A stretch of 64,000 bases of DNA from Psammoneis japonica (lineage: Eukaryota), in NCBI GenBank assembly GCA_008632985.1, contig QPGO01000094.1, positions 168,721-232,720 on the forward strand, written 5' to 3'. This document shows positions 26,084-38,605 of this stretch, in pieces. The notes beneath the pieces were generated by a model that saw only the letters and a program-made list of their open reading frames with translations, was not told the DNA's origin and made no database searches. Both the position numbers and the translations under genes were made by a program. How positions within the stretch are numbered: the stretch's first letter is position 1; each line of letters opens with the position of its first letter.

Positions 26084-29000
26084 TTCGCCTCCCTAATTGC
26101 ACATTAGAGTCATTTGTAAGTGGATTATTCGACGGACATCGACAGTGTCAATAATGTCTCCACTTTCACTGTATTGTGCCATTAGCAATGACTGTTGTTG
26201 TTTTGTATAGGCAATATAGGGCCGTTCCAATTTCCGAATGTCTTTTGAGAGTGACATTGTTTGTTTCTCACTTAATATGTATATATATAGTATTACGTCG
26301 AGTATTCTCATTGACGTTCTTGTTGATATGAACACAAGGACTAATTGTCCTGGAGTAAGTGTTTTTCCTGATATCGATTGTACATAGCATCGTGCCCAGT
26401 ACTTAATGTACGCTCTTAATTATGGCGTTCACTTACTTACTTGTGGATTTCATGTAGTTTGGCGGGCTTACTTTATATGCCATATTGCTCTGCTGCACTA
26501 CCACGTTTCATAAGTAATAATAAACGATGGTCAAAGATATTATGACCATTTCGTCTTGATAATCAATCCTGTGATGGTTATGAATTCCATTATGGATTTT
26601 TTTTTTTTGTACTTCAACCATCTATCAGTTGGATTTTAATCGTTATTTGGACGTTTCTTTCTGACATACCGGTGTTATTTTGTCATTCCGAAGGCACTGG
26701 TTTCGTGCACTAAGTGGATAAATGTCCATTTTTCTTTTCTTTTTTCTAGATCTTTGGCACATCTCGTGTGTCGACATGATGTATATTTTAATGTCTTGCC
26801 TCGTACATTGTACAATACAACCGTACGGGTGTTGTGAGATTGTCTTTTGCCAGTGTGAAGTGGATACGTATAATGTATACCAATCTGTCACTGTTTTTTC
26901 CTAAATCGTCCTTTAAAAAGGCGATTTTATCCTTGTGACATGAGCATTTTTCGATCTCGCTCGCCTCCACGAAAAGTGTTCGTATGATATGTCGCGTCCG
27001 ACAATTTGGAGGGTATGTCTTTATCCCGTTTTAACGGTAGGACATTGTCGTAGGATTCAATTTTCTATAGTAAGTCGGCTGATCGCGTCTATCGCGACGA
27101 TGTTCGCCTTGCCCTCGATGTATTTTATTTCGGGACTAGAATTCTGTATTCTAAGTCGTCAACGCATGACTTTGTCCGTTGTGTCTTATGATCCTTATAT
27201 GTATAAATCTGTTGGCCAAACAGTATATTTCGGAATTTTATAAGTGTTTTCACTATGGACAGAAGTTCTTTTTTCCGTTGTAACGTTTAATATTGAAATA
27301 CGTGTATGATAACAATATAGTTTTTGATTTGATACGCTCCATATTTTCGGAGACTTTTCGTTTCGTACTTGTACTTTTGCCGTTTGACCTTTATTGAGGT
27401 GGATTTGGCTAGAAATGTACAGGAGATCATTGAGACTACATGTCTTTATAGTAGTAACGTATATCGACAAGCTGTCGTAATATTCTTTACGTTTTGCTCA
27501 ATGTTGCGATTGCCGGAATCGCCTCCATTTTCTTTGTAATCGGATGTATACCGTTACGTATGGAAGTCTTGATAATTTTTTTCAAGTTAAGTAGTGAAGG
27601 ACTTTTGTTTTTAACCTTCTAAGCGACTGTTCTAGTCGTTTGAATGCCGTTTCAAGTTTTTCTTGTACAGGTGACATTTTGAAGTTATTTTCTGTCAGGT
27701 GTAAATGTTCATTCTTAGTCGTTCTGACAACTTTAAACCTGTCATGAGTTCGCTCATGTGTTGTATGAAAATATCTGGGGCTCTATAGATTCTCATTGGA
27801 AGTCTATAGTACTCAATTTCCCCCACGGCAATATTCTGAGGTGAGCACAACGTGTGCTTTTTTTGATTTTACATTGTGGTGTTCCATGTTTGAATCGTAA
27901 TTTCATTTTTAAATCTTCAATCTTTCATAATTGGTTAAATTCCTTTCAAATGGACGCCTCCAAAGACTATGATAGGAGAAGGTTCTCACACGTCGCGTAA
28001 TCGCGTCAGATTTTTCACGGTGAGATCCACTGGTTCTTCCTATTCATGTCCAATGAACTTTTTCAAAAGGATTTTAAACCTCATAAGAAGGAGACTGAGT
28101 GGTTTATCTTCTTTTGGTTTAGATGTATTGCTGTAGCTGTCACTTGATTAGAATCGACGGCGTGATAATGTGAGTCGAGAACCATCGGTCTCGTTATTAA
28201 CTCTATTCACTGTGTGATATTTTTCAATGTGATCGGTATTCAGCTGGAACATTTTGTATCGAAGAGTGCATCAACATTCTTCATAGGGTAATTGCTTCAT
28301 TCCCATTTGATTTCTTCAATTGCGTAGTCTAGTATGATTGCAAGACTGGACATTAAGTCGCGTCCCATGATCATATCATTCGACCTTGAAGGGTATTTGG
28401 TGTTATTGACATATACTGTTTGAATATCAGTAAGTCTTAAATTTCGCATAGTGAGAACTGAATTCGGTGTTTACTATCAGTCGTAAAGAGCTCACCCTTG
28501 GTTTCCCAAGTTTTTGGTGGCGGATTCTTGTGTTCTCAACTTTCGCACGAATTTGCGCAAAATTATGGTTGACGATGTTCCGTTATCGATAGGAACACGT
28601 AGATGCTTTTTTTTTTCTCCTTTCCCAAGGAAGTATTCATATAAATGATGACTCCTGGACTAGTATGAATTATTTCTGCCTTTTTTCTAGGCTTCCTAAT
28701 ATCCAGTAAAGCATATAATTCGTGAATAGACCAAAATTATTCTTCGGATTCAATCTGGATCATCCGATCAAATTGGTATTTTTCTTCACTGAGGGTATCA
28801 GAATCTGATTCTTTGCCCTTATGCTCTTTTTCTTTGTTCAAGGAACTCGCTTTGAGTGTTTTTTGAACCGCCTGATCAATCATGACGTTCATCTCTTTTT
28901 TTGCGAGCGGCATTTTCGTTATCGCGACGCGACCGCGTGCGATTGCCATTTGAACGGCGCATTTTTGGGTCTCTTTCAGAGTCACCCTTGCACTCTTTTG

Positions 29001-29925
29001 CTAGTTCATTTTTAGAATAGCTTCAATCCGTGATGTAGGTATTCTTTTTTCAAAGATAAGACCTTGCATTCACTTTGGATTGTTCTGGTACCATGTGAGA
29101 GACCATTTTTGGAACCAAATTTGGAACCTTTTTTATTTTGGAACCAACTGCGCTATCAGAGCCTGAGTTGATATGTTTTTTCGTCACGGACGTCATGAAC
29201 GACCTTTAGATGACTCAAAACTTAATCAGCTCATCAAGGATGAGTTGCAATAGTTGATTGTTTTGGACAGTAGACTGATGCTGCCATCCTTGCGGTGCGA
29301 GTGATAGCTGATAAATCAGCGCTCGGTTTCCCGCTAGATTCGACTTAGAATCCATCTGAGGGTCGTATAGACTCTCATCGTTGACCTCTTGGGTCTATCA
29401 GAGGCTTTCTTGCTGTTGAGCGGCTCTGGTTTCTTCAGGTCGTCTCGAAGATAATTTCCCTGATTCTGAAGTGCATTTCCTCGGAGGACATGAGTTATGA
29501 GACGCTTGAGGTACTTTCCAACGATTCCATCTTGCTCTTGGACTCGAGGATCATCGATTCGGTCTCAAAAAACTCTCCAATAGTCTCTCCTTGCATGGTA
29601 GACATATTTCTCGGATCTGATCGACTCGGAACTTGCATTTTCTGCAACCATGACTTGGTGTAGATTTTTTGATAATGCGGTGTACTTGAGAGCCCTTGAT
29701 CCTTGGGTGCTTGGAATAGACCGTATTAGAGCGAATCCTCTTGTTTGGTAGACGAAAAACAGCGTTCCATCTTGAGGTACTGCTCGGCTTGAGCTTCTTC
29801 CGCTCGGAAATCGATTCCAGCAGAACTGATGCGATTCGTTCCTGTTTATAGAAGAATTTGCAAAGGCACATTAGTTAAAATCTTCATTTTCCGTGCTTTT
29901 TACCTTCTGTGGTGTGTATACACAA

Positions 29926-30292
29926 TGCACTATGCTCGAAGAACGAGTGTAAACAAAAGTAGAATAGTGTACGAAAAGTGGAAATTATAAGATTGAATTT
30001 TGCTCTGTGATTTTTGGTTTCTCCGAACGAGTTCTCAATGGCCTAAAGCTTCTGTACTGCTTCTACAGACAAAAGGCCTTTCGGAGAATATATTCGTGAC
30101 AACAGATTATCCGGATACGATTGCCATTGACACGTAAGATGTCAACATCGTCAATCGATCGTATTTGCAATTCTCGACATCCGATCAACTCTGTGTGATC
30201 GTTCTGTCCTTTGTACGCATCCACGACTGTGGTACGATTGACATATAAATAATATATAATCATAAATATGTATATAACAGTCGCACACTGCA
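29926..30292 (-). repeat. 5' LTR
   Basis: TG...CA termini, followed by TSD CCTT. Confidence 0.95.
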
Positions 30293-32049
30293 CCTTGGTG
30301 GATTGTGCTGGTCTGGTGTTTGGTCAATTGCCATCATCCTGTCAAGCTGAGGCGCATGGTTTCCTTTCACTGATTCAGTTCTTCTGTTGTTTGATTGAGT
30401 TCTGCAAGATGTCAAAGTGTGAAGGAGTCAACAACTGGTGCGACAACAAGGCCTTGGTCCAAGTCCTTTCCAGACTGTCCCACACCAGCCACCCCTCCAT
30501 TGACCTGTTGGCACAAGAGCATTCTGATGGAGACTTTCATCTGCATCAGCATGATGCCAATGTTCTTTCTTCCGACTGGGATGTCATCAATGAAATGCAC
30601 CCAATGCTTGAAGTCATTTCTCAGGTTCTTAATCCCTCCTCCCCTGGTCAGGCTCCGTCAACAGCTTGGGCAAAAGGACACCAGGACAGACAGGCTCTGG
30701 TTGAAACCCTCCCACTCAATGCACAAGCAAACGTGCGTGCTGACAAGTTGGCAGGACAACACCAGGGACAATGCGACTCAGACACAATGGAGCTGATCCC
30801 CCTTCCCCATTGCCAATCATGCCTGAGCCTCACTGATGGAACGGTCACTGCAGGACTGAAATCTGTGGTCAGATGTGCTGCTGCAGCTCCCGCTCTGCTG
30901 GCATGTGTTTGGGAAAGGAACGACTGGGATGAATCGATCACAGAAAAGATTGACTTGAAGGTTCATGCAACATCAGTGTGCAGGCATTCCAAGAAACACG
31001 TTTCCACTGTGAAGCTCATCCATGAGCTCCTCCCAACAAACAAGATTGCTCATCGACACAACCCCGTTCAGCCACATCATTGTCTTGTGTGCGAATGCCC
31101 TGTGGAGGATCGAGACCATGTTCTGGGGTGTCCTGCCAATGAGGCCTGGCATCATAAATTCCTGCAAGGTCTGCGAAAATGCTGTGACAAAATTGATGCA
31201 ATGCCACCTCTTCGCGATCTGCTGTTGACTTCACTCAAAGCATGGCCAAGAGGTGAGATGCAGTGTGAATCTGACATCACCCTGATGTTGCGAGCACTGT
31301 GGAAAGCCCAGTCAGAGATGGGATGGTGACAAGAAGTGTTCAATGGAAGACACTCCACCCTTTGGAACGTTTTTCAGGAGATGCACCTTTGTAAGATGGG
31401 CCTGTTGGAGAAATGCAGGAAGGAGAATCGACCCCCTCCAGTTTGGGGAGTGCAGATGGGAACTCAAATTTGGAAGTCCTGGTGGGAACTGTGGGAAGAA
31501 CACAATGAAAAGGTTCACGGTCACAGTGCAGAGTCAAGGAAATCATCTTTGTGCTGTCAGGCAGAAGCCGAGCTCATGGCTGTTTACAACAGCAAATGAC
31601 AGGATTATTTGGCTAAAGGCAGAGAGGTGCTGATGGATTCAGTTGACGAACACATGTCCCACTCTACATTGTGGATCATGAATTGGGTTGCTGTGGTCAA
31701 ACCACGTCTAAAAGACAGCCTTAAGAAAGCGAAGCGCGAAGTGCTTCATGGCACTTGCTCAATCGCTGGCTGTTTTGGATGGGTGTCATCTCACGGTGAC
31801 ACCCCGTCCGGCTGATCCCAACAAGCTTCCGCCGCACTTAACAGTGCACTGGAAGTGTGGGCCAGCCAGCGCCAGCCTGGCTGGCAAAGGAGTGATGGCA
31901 CTTAAAACACAGATCTGGTTTTTTTTTGCTTTCTCATGCAATCCTCCAAGGACAAATGCTGCCCATTGTGATTTTGCTGGTTGGGAAGAATCCATGATTG
32001 TTGTGGAACAAGAGCAACAGTCACTGTTGGGCACTGTTTCCCTCAATGA

Positions 32050-35000
32050 CAGTGGTCAGCAGCTGACTTGGGAGGAAGCTGCGTGCTCAATGCTGCCCCA
32101 TTTCATGTGCGTTGCAACCACTGATCTGCAGAGCACCCCAATGGAGAATGGTGATTCTGCCTCAGCATGCACAAGTGATCATGGCACCTCTGGTTTGGTG
32201 CTTGCTCCCTGTGGTGAGCAGGGGGCTGAGGAGACAGAGAAAGACAAAAAGGAGAGAAAGTGCCTTGGTCACTTCAGGCGCCACTTGTTGCACTGCAGGA
32301 ACACACGTGTGGCCGCAGAAGATCTCCGCCATGAAGACATCACCCATGATCTCATGAAAGGGTTCACCAAGTGTCTTGCCAAGGATGCCAGGTTGCAGTT
32401 CAAACTGGAAGGGGACCATCTCTCTTTTGGATTGGCTGCAGGCTGTGCCAGCACTGCCAAGATGCATTTTGTGAACAAGTTCCCTGACTGTCCAACCCCG
32501 CCCACTCTGCAGGACTCAAAGTGGACCAGCACGCTCAATGGAATGAAGGGCATCATCTTGGATTGTTGCAGGATGGAAGGAACTGATGTTGTGAAACCCC
32601 ACAAAGCCTCAACTGAGGAAGACAGGGAGGCCTGTGCTGCTGTCTGCCTCCATGAAGGAGATTCGGAATCTGCCAAGTTTTGCTTTCATTCGGTGTCCAT
32701 GCAAGCCTGTGTTGGCCGGAGCACCAAAGTTGCTCTGTCACAGAAAGCCAATCTGTCTGTGGAGGTGCAGCACAAGGAGACACTCACCTGTCCTGTCATC
32801 ATTCATTGCCTTCTCAGGCACAAGAACAACAAGTTGCAAGATTTGTCTCAGCACCCGCACAGAGCAAGTGCTCTGCTGAACATGAGTTGTTCTTGAAGCT
32901 CTGCAGAGCTGCTCTGCAGAGCACCTTTTAATTGCAACCAGTCTGACTGCTCACCAGTGTTCCATTGCTTCTCTGTTGCAAGAGAAATGGCTCAGCAATT
33001 GTTGTTGTGCAGGATGCATTCATCTCATTCTGTTGCCAAGGGACATGGCAGATTCCCCTCTTGTGTTCCCATGCTTTGGAAAGGTGGCCAAGACCAAAAC
33101 AAGGGGCAACATCAAGGAAGAGAGCAAGGTCTCTGCCCTTTGGTCTGAGCTGTGTGCCAAACTTGTTGTGAAGCTTCGCGAGCATTGCATGACTTGATTG
33201 AGATGGAAAACGAAGGCCCGCCCATTTTTTTTCCCAAACGTCCATCATTTTTTTTTTGGCGGCAAGCCCAATGTTTGTGTTCAGACCTTCACACATTTTA
33301 TGACAAGCAATCAATGCTTGTGAGTTGTCGATCAATGAAGTTAAACATCCCAAAAATGCAAATGCTTTGTGTGTGTCAGATTGCATGGTGTGGACAACCC
33401 ACATGGAACAACACACCTGCAAACACAAATGTTTGACATTTCAAATTTTCCACAACTTCTCAAAATGCAACAACAATGGTGACTGCAAATGCAACACACT
33501 CCATCAACAACCACAAACTCACCATGGCACTGCCACATGTCAACAGCTTGTAATTCATTTCAAATGCATGTGCCTTGCTGTGCTTTGAAATTGATTCATT
33601 GCAGCAAAAACAGCTGAAATGTTCAATTTTCTGCCCATTGCTTTTCGACCACACACAAGTCAACAATGAGCTTGTTGCACTCTCACATGTCAATTGTGCT
33701 GCACACAAGTTGACAAGATGTGATGTGCTGTTGATTGTTGTGGCTCTTTGGGGCAATGCCATTGAGAAAATGGTGACCACAGAGTCACCATGGTGAGGTG
33801 GTTTTTGCGGTTTCCAGCTGCAGTGCACCAACGGTGAACTTGCACTGAATCTGAGTCATGCTTGTTGAGTTGGCATGGCTGCCGCTTTGCGCATCATGTG
33901 CCCACCATTCTCAGTGCTGGGGCTGGCAGCAAAAAAAAAAGGCAATTCACCAGGAAAAAAAAACAACTAAGAAATGAAGGCAAGCAGTGCAGTGCTTGGG
34001 CCCTTGAACCCATCCCTTGGTTGCCACTCTGGGAAGAAAGACATGTGCAGAGAGCTCACACTCTGCTGCAGCTGGTCTTTTGCAATGTTCTGAGCCGGCT
34101 GGGATGTTAGAAACCAGAACACCACCTTTGACTGTGTTGAAGGCATGCCAAGGATGGACAGGAGGAGTGGCAAAGCAGCCAATGGTTGGAACACCAAGAT
34201 TTTTGATGACAACATTTGTGGTGGCTGCTCTCCTTTGATCTCTGACATTGTGACAGAAAAGCAAAAAGTGCGCAACTTTGTTTGCTTTTGTTCTTGCACG
34301 TTTGCAGCTGCTCCAACAGCTGTTTGGATCTCCTGGCTGCTGCCTTGCTCAGGTTTTACAATGAAACAACCAATGTGATCAAGAGCAAACCACATGGCAA
34401 ATGGTTGGAAATTTTCACCCATCCCTTGGTGAGTGTGTTGACAGAAGCTTGCAGAAGGGCACACGTGTCCAAACGCACCTTTCAGACATGGCAGGTGGAG
34501 GTGCACAATGATTTCATTTCAAGGAATCTTCCTTCCCTGCCTCTCAACTGCCACCCTGACTTGCAAACCCAGCTGGTTGATTGCTGGACCCTAATTTCTG
34601 TGCATCAGGCACAACCAAGGATCATGGGTGGACTTCTTGGTGAGTTTTGAAAATGCTCTGTGGAGCAGCTCTGCAGAAGATGCTCTCCGGAGCATCAAAA
34701 CTGCACTGATCTTGGTTCACTCACCCACATGTTCTGCAGCTGACAATGCCAGGTTGAGAGAAGAACTGAGTGCCCTGCATGGCACCAGTGAACAGCTGAA
34801 CAGCAAGATGGACAGGGTGGTGGATTTGTTGCTGAATGGGGGCGGCGCTGAAGGCACCCCTGCTCCAGCAAATGAGCCAGTGACATGCAGTTGTGCATGA
34901 CATGCTTGGCACACAATGGAGGTGACACCAAAGGCAAGAATCTAGCAGAAATGTTTTTTGATTGGCTCCAGTGCAATCTCCACAGTGGGTGCAAATTGTG

Positions 35001-35370
35001 CAAGGCTTTGACAACAGGCAAGATGAGACAAGATGTGAAAAGTGCACTCAAGCACCACAAGGCATTGATTGATGTGCTGCTTTGTCTTGGGGAAGGCACC
35101 CACAACAGAGTCAAAACCCTGAAATGCCAAGCCATTTGCAACATTTGGAAAATGAGCTTGGTCAGCTTGGCTGTGATGCTCTTGAGTTGGCAAAGTTGTT
35201 CTTTGCAGCCAAAGGCACAACAAAGACATCACAAAGACCTTCTTGGCAAACAAGCACCCCTTCCATCTGCAAAAGCCAACCTCTTCCAGACAACACACCA
35301 CAGAACAGCTCTTTCCAAAAAGGTCAAAAGTGGAAGCAAGAGGAAAAGGAGCAGCAACGTGTTTCAATGA
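32050..35370 (+). mobile_element. Crypton-like tyrosine-recombinase element relic, copy B (insert at ~33210-33975)
   Basis: LSFGLAAGCASTAKMHF, VGRSTKVA (GRxxE-like first Arg), HSGKK, RAGWDVRNQNTTFDCV. Colinear with copy A. Confidence 0.7.
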
Positions 35371-38300
35371 GCAGTGATCACCTCCATTTTGTGGGGAAAA
35401 AACCATCAAATGATGAAGTGGATGGATGTGTTTCAATGATCATGTCTCTCCCTGAAACACTGTCATCCGAACAAACTCTTGGTGTCTTGCTTTCCTTTTC
35501 ATGCACAAGGAATTTGGTTCTGCTGTTCCTTTTCTCCAAAAATGTGATTTGAGAAAAAAGCCGTGAAGCTCATTTGTGGGTGCACGTGTTCAACAGTTGT
35601 TTCTCAAATCATGTTTTTGGAGAAAAGGAACAGCAGAAGCAAATTCCTCACATGCAAAAAGGGGAGCAAGACACTGATTAAATGTCCCCCCATGTGCCCA
35701 ACTCAGACAGTTTGCACGTTCAGTCAAAAAGACAAACAAAGGGGTCCTGGGCAGCCTTTCATCAGCTTCAGACCCTGGATTGCCCCCATGTGTGTTCAAC
35801 GGACACCTTTGCTTGAACACAGTGTCCAACAGGTGTCACAAAGCTGTTGGCACACAGGGACATTTAATCAAAAGATGAATGAAGGTTGGGGTCAGAGTCC
35901 CTGTGATGACCTTTCTTTGTGCAAACATCCTTGGAGCCATGTGCATGATGGACCACATCAGGTGGGATGCCATGCACGCAAGCAAGGGATGAAACACACT
36001 GTGACATCATCCAGTCAACAACAAACCCTGACAAATTGAGCAGCCAACTGGACTTGCGAGAGATGGCAGGAACCTTTCTCCTCCATGGAACTTTGTGTGG
36101 TGTTGCTCTCCCATTGGGCATCATCACATGTTGTTGTCAAAAGTGAAGGCAGTTTGTGGCAAGAGAACATGTCTTGGGACATGCAGGAAGCAGAGCCAAG
36201 CAGAGGCTTTCTTCTCCAGTGTCCCAACTTGACATGTCTCATGCTGCTTCCAAGGGATCTCGCCATGACCACCTTGGGGATGACTTTGACACAACCATTG
36301 CACTGCACACCAAAACAAAGGTTCTTCACAAGCAAAACAAGAGCCTTCAGAAACAACAAATGGACCAGCTCTCTTGTCCATTGTCACCAATGGTCAGGCA
36401 AAGAAGGAGCCAGACACTGAGACAACCCACAATGGCAAGATCTGCACTTGCAGCATGTTTGCAAGCCAAGACTTTGACTTGGAGTTAAATCAAGAATGCC
36501 CAAGAGACTGGTGGGTTGGAAGCTGAAAAAGGTCCCATTGCAAGCTGTTTGTTCCCATGGCAGCACAGCAGCGTGCTTTCAGCTGTGATGTCAAGAAGGG
36601 CCACAAATCATGCAACAGCTTGATGTCCTTTCTGAACTTTGGCACATGTCAGCAGACCATTTCTGCCACTGTTAACTGCCCACAGCTTGGCAGTGCTTCA
36701 TTCAACATCTGCTGGTGCAGTCTCCTCATCTTGCTCCCTTCAAGCAACCACATTGGCAGTGGCGGGAGGCAGCAATCTTCCCCATGCCCTTGACTGCCAT
36801 CCTGTCTCATGGCAGTGCACAACACACGCATCATGGCAGACCATGCTGCCATTGCTGTGGGCTTCCAAATGTCTGCCTTGATGGCACCACTTTTGTCAGC
36901 TGGTGTCAGCAGCACACATTTTGTCAGCATTCATTGGCATTGTTGCTTTCACAGCAACTCAAAGTCATGGCAGACACAAACTGACAACAAGTGGCAGAAG
37001 GGATGGCAGCCCTCAGCCATGCAGACCTGATGCCACTCTGCTCTGCCCTGCTTGCCAAGTGACTCTGCATCCAACACAACAAGCACTGACATCACTCTGT
37101 CTTCTTTTTTCACTTGAGCTCTCTTTTTCAACTGATCAACTAACTCGCAAAACCAAGCATCGCGGCTGTTCATTCTGGCGAGCACATGAACTTGACACAG
37201 TGGCAGACCAACCCAACATGATGCAAGCAGCAGCAAAAGGATTGGCCCTGTTGAGAATGGATGGCACTTTGCATCTGTCCAGGCAGACAGGTGCCACAGA
37301 TGCTGTGACACATTGGCGATGAGTTGCCGCAGGTTGGTTGGGGTGTCCGCAGCAGCGCAGGTTGCTTTCCACTGGCACTGGTGCCAGATGGTTCATGTGG
37401 ATGTGCACTGAAATGGACCCCAGCTGCTGGACTGTTTGCCTGTTGTGTGGCCCTTGTCACCTTTGTCACGTTGATTGTGTGGCACTGAAGTGTTCATTTC
37501 TCACCCTTTCTTGGAAGCCCCACATGTGTTGAGGCTGCTTCTGCTTCTGTTGTGGTGTGGACCGACTGACCAGCACAAGAAACTGACAACAATTCACAAT
37601 TTACAAGGAGCCGCTGCATGGCCATGTTGGGTGGTGCTGAAAAAGGATGCCCCCTCCTCCACAGCTGAGTGATTTGCCTCAAAGCCAACAACCAACCGCA
37701 CACTCAGGACCACAGACCAAAGTCAACACTGCAGAGGACAATCCACAAAGCTGCCAGCACCTTTTCATGGCTCTTTTGAGTGCTGCAGTGCAGCATTGGT
37801 GCATCAGCAGAACTGCAGAACTGGAGTTGTAGATGACAACACTGTCATGTGCACTCAGATCACAATGCAAACATGCTGCCAAATGCGCGAAATGCGCTGC
37901 GTGTGTGCTTTCTTGCCACTCTGCCGCGTGCACTTTGTGGGGTCTTGGCCAGGGTGGGGCCAGTTGGTTGTGCACATTTGGGTTCGATGTGGCCACCCAA
38001 CTTGGTGGTTGGTGCGAGCAGAAGTTTCAAAAAGCAAAAAACACGCGATGGTCAAAATGTTGTAAAATGACACAAAACAACAAACAATGAGAAGAAACCC
38101 AACTTTGCTTGGGAGTGCAGCACACAAACATTGTCCAATCACATTGATCTTCTCTGGCACAATGCCGGCAAGCAGATCAGTGAACAATGCTCGAGTTGCT
38201 CGCCATGGTGTTGTTGTGTGTTGCCGTCATGCTGCTGTTGCACGCGAAGGGCTGGGTTGCACATTGTCTTTTTCGGCAGCGGCAGATGTTTTGCCACATT

Positions 38301-38440
38301 CAATCTGCAAACATTTTGAGAAGTGCTTTGGGGCGACCCTTGAACGGCATGTTTCGGGGTGTCCCTCACTTTTTTGAATTTGGGCATGCATCTCTGCAAG
38401 ATCAAAGAAAGAGTTTGATGACATGTAAAAACCTTGAGAG
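35370..38440. other. Hypermutated unclassified relic DNA
   Basis: TA/CG depleted, with overlapping Cys/His-rich spurious ORFs. No assignable motif. Confidence 0.45.
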
Positions 38441-38605
38441 ACATGCATAAATTTATCTTCCATGTTGTAGGCCACGTAGATTGTGTGCCGGCGGAAAATC
38501 CACCGCATGTCAACCCACTCAGTAGGAATTTTTCGTGTACTCTACTTACACCTCATACACGTACACACCCCTACATAGTCTAATAACCGCGCACACGTGC
38601 GCGAG

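Larger units (their letters stand above)
25717..30292 (-). mobile_element. Young non-autonomous Gypsy-derived LTR element (4576 bp) with 367 bp LTRs and a 4 bp TSD CCTT
   Basis: LTRs 25717-26083 and 29926-30292 differ at 3 positions. Termini TGCACTATGC...GCATACTGCA form an inverted repeat. TSD CCTT at 25713-25716 and 30293-30296. Minus-strand PPT TAGGGAGGCGAA at 26084-26095. Internal region has RT relics (YRLPMRI..APDIF) but no long ORF. Confidence 0.95.
24460..31860 (+). mobile_element. Hypermutated non-LTR retrotransposon (LINE with RNase H, Ambal-like), 5' truncated, split by the LTR insertion at 25717-30292
   Basis: RT C-terminal AKCGHNRNT...LGGGGF and LQRANNQFLMD...INCCRLHL.V.TVSDI. RNase H SD(R)S...TFGW...NGRP|LVDCAG...SSCQAEAHG...CDN...SDWDV...KGHQD...NVRADKLA. 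Zn-knuckle CLVC...EDRDHVLGC. The frame is restored when the insertion and one TSD are removed. Confidence 0.85.

Noticed and set aside
13400..38440. Classical fungal RIP as the cause of the skew
   Set aside because: RIP raises TpA and lowers CpA/TpG. Here TpA is lost and CpA/TpG gained, with direction fixed by the SPT5 comparison.
13400..38440. The many short Cys/His-rich ORFs as real genes (metallothionein-like, alternative genetic code)
   Set aside because: They overlap in all frames and follow from TA loss. Recognisable pieces are degraded TE proteins.
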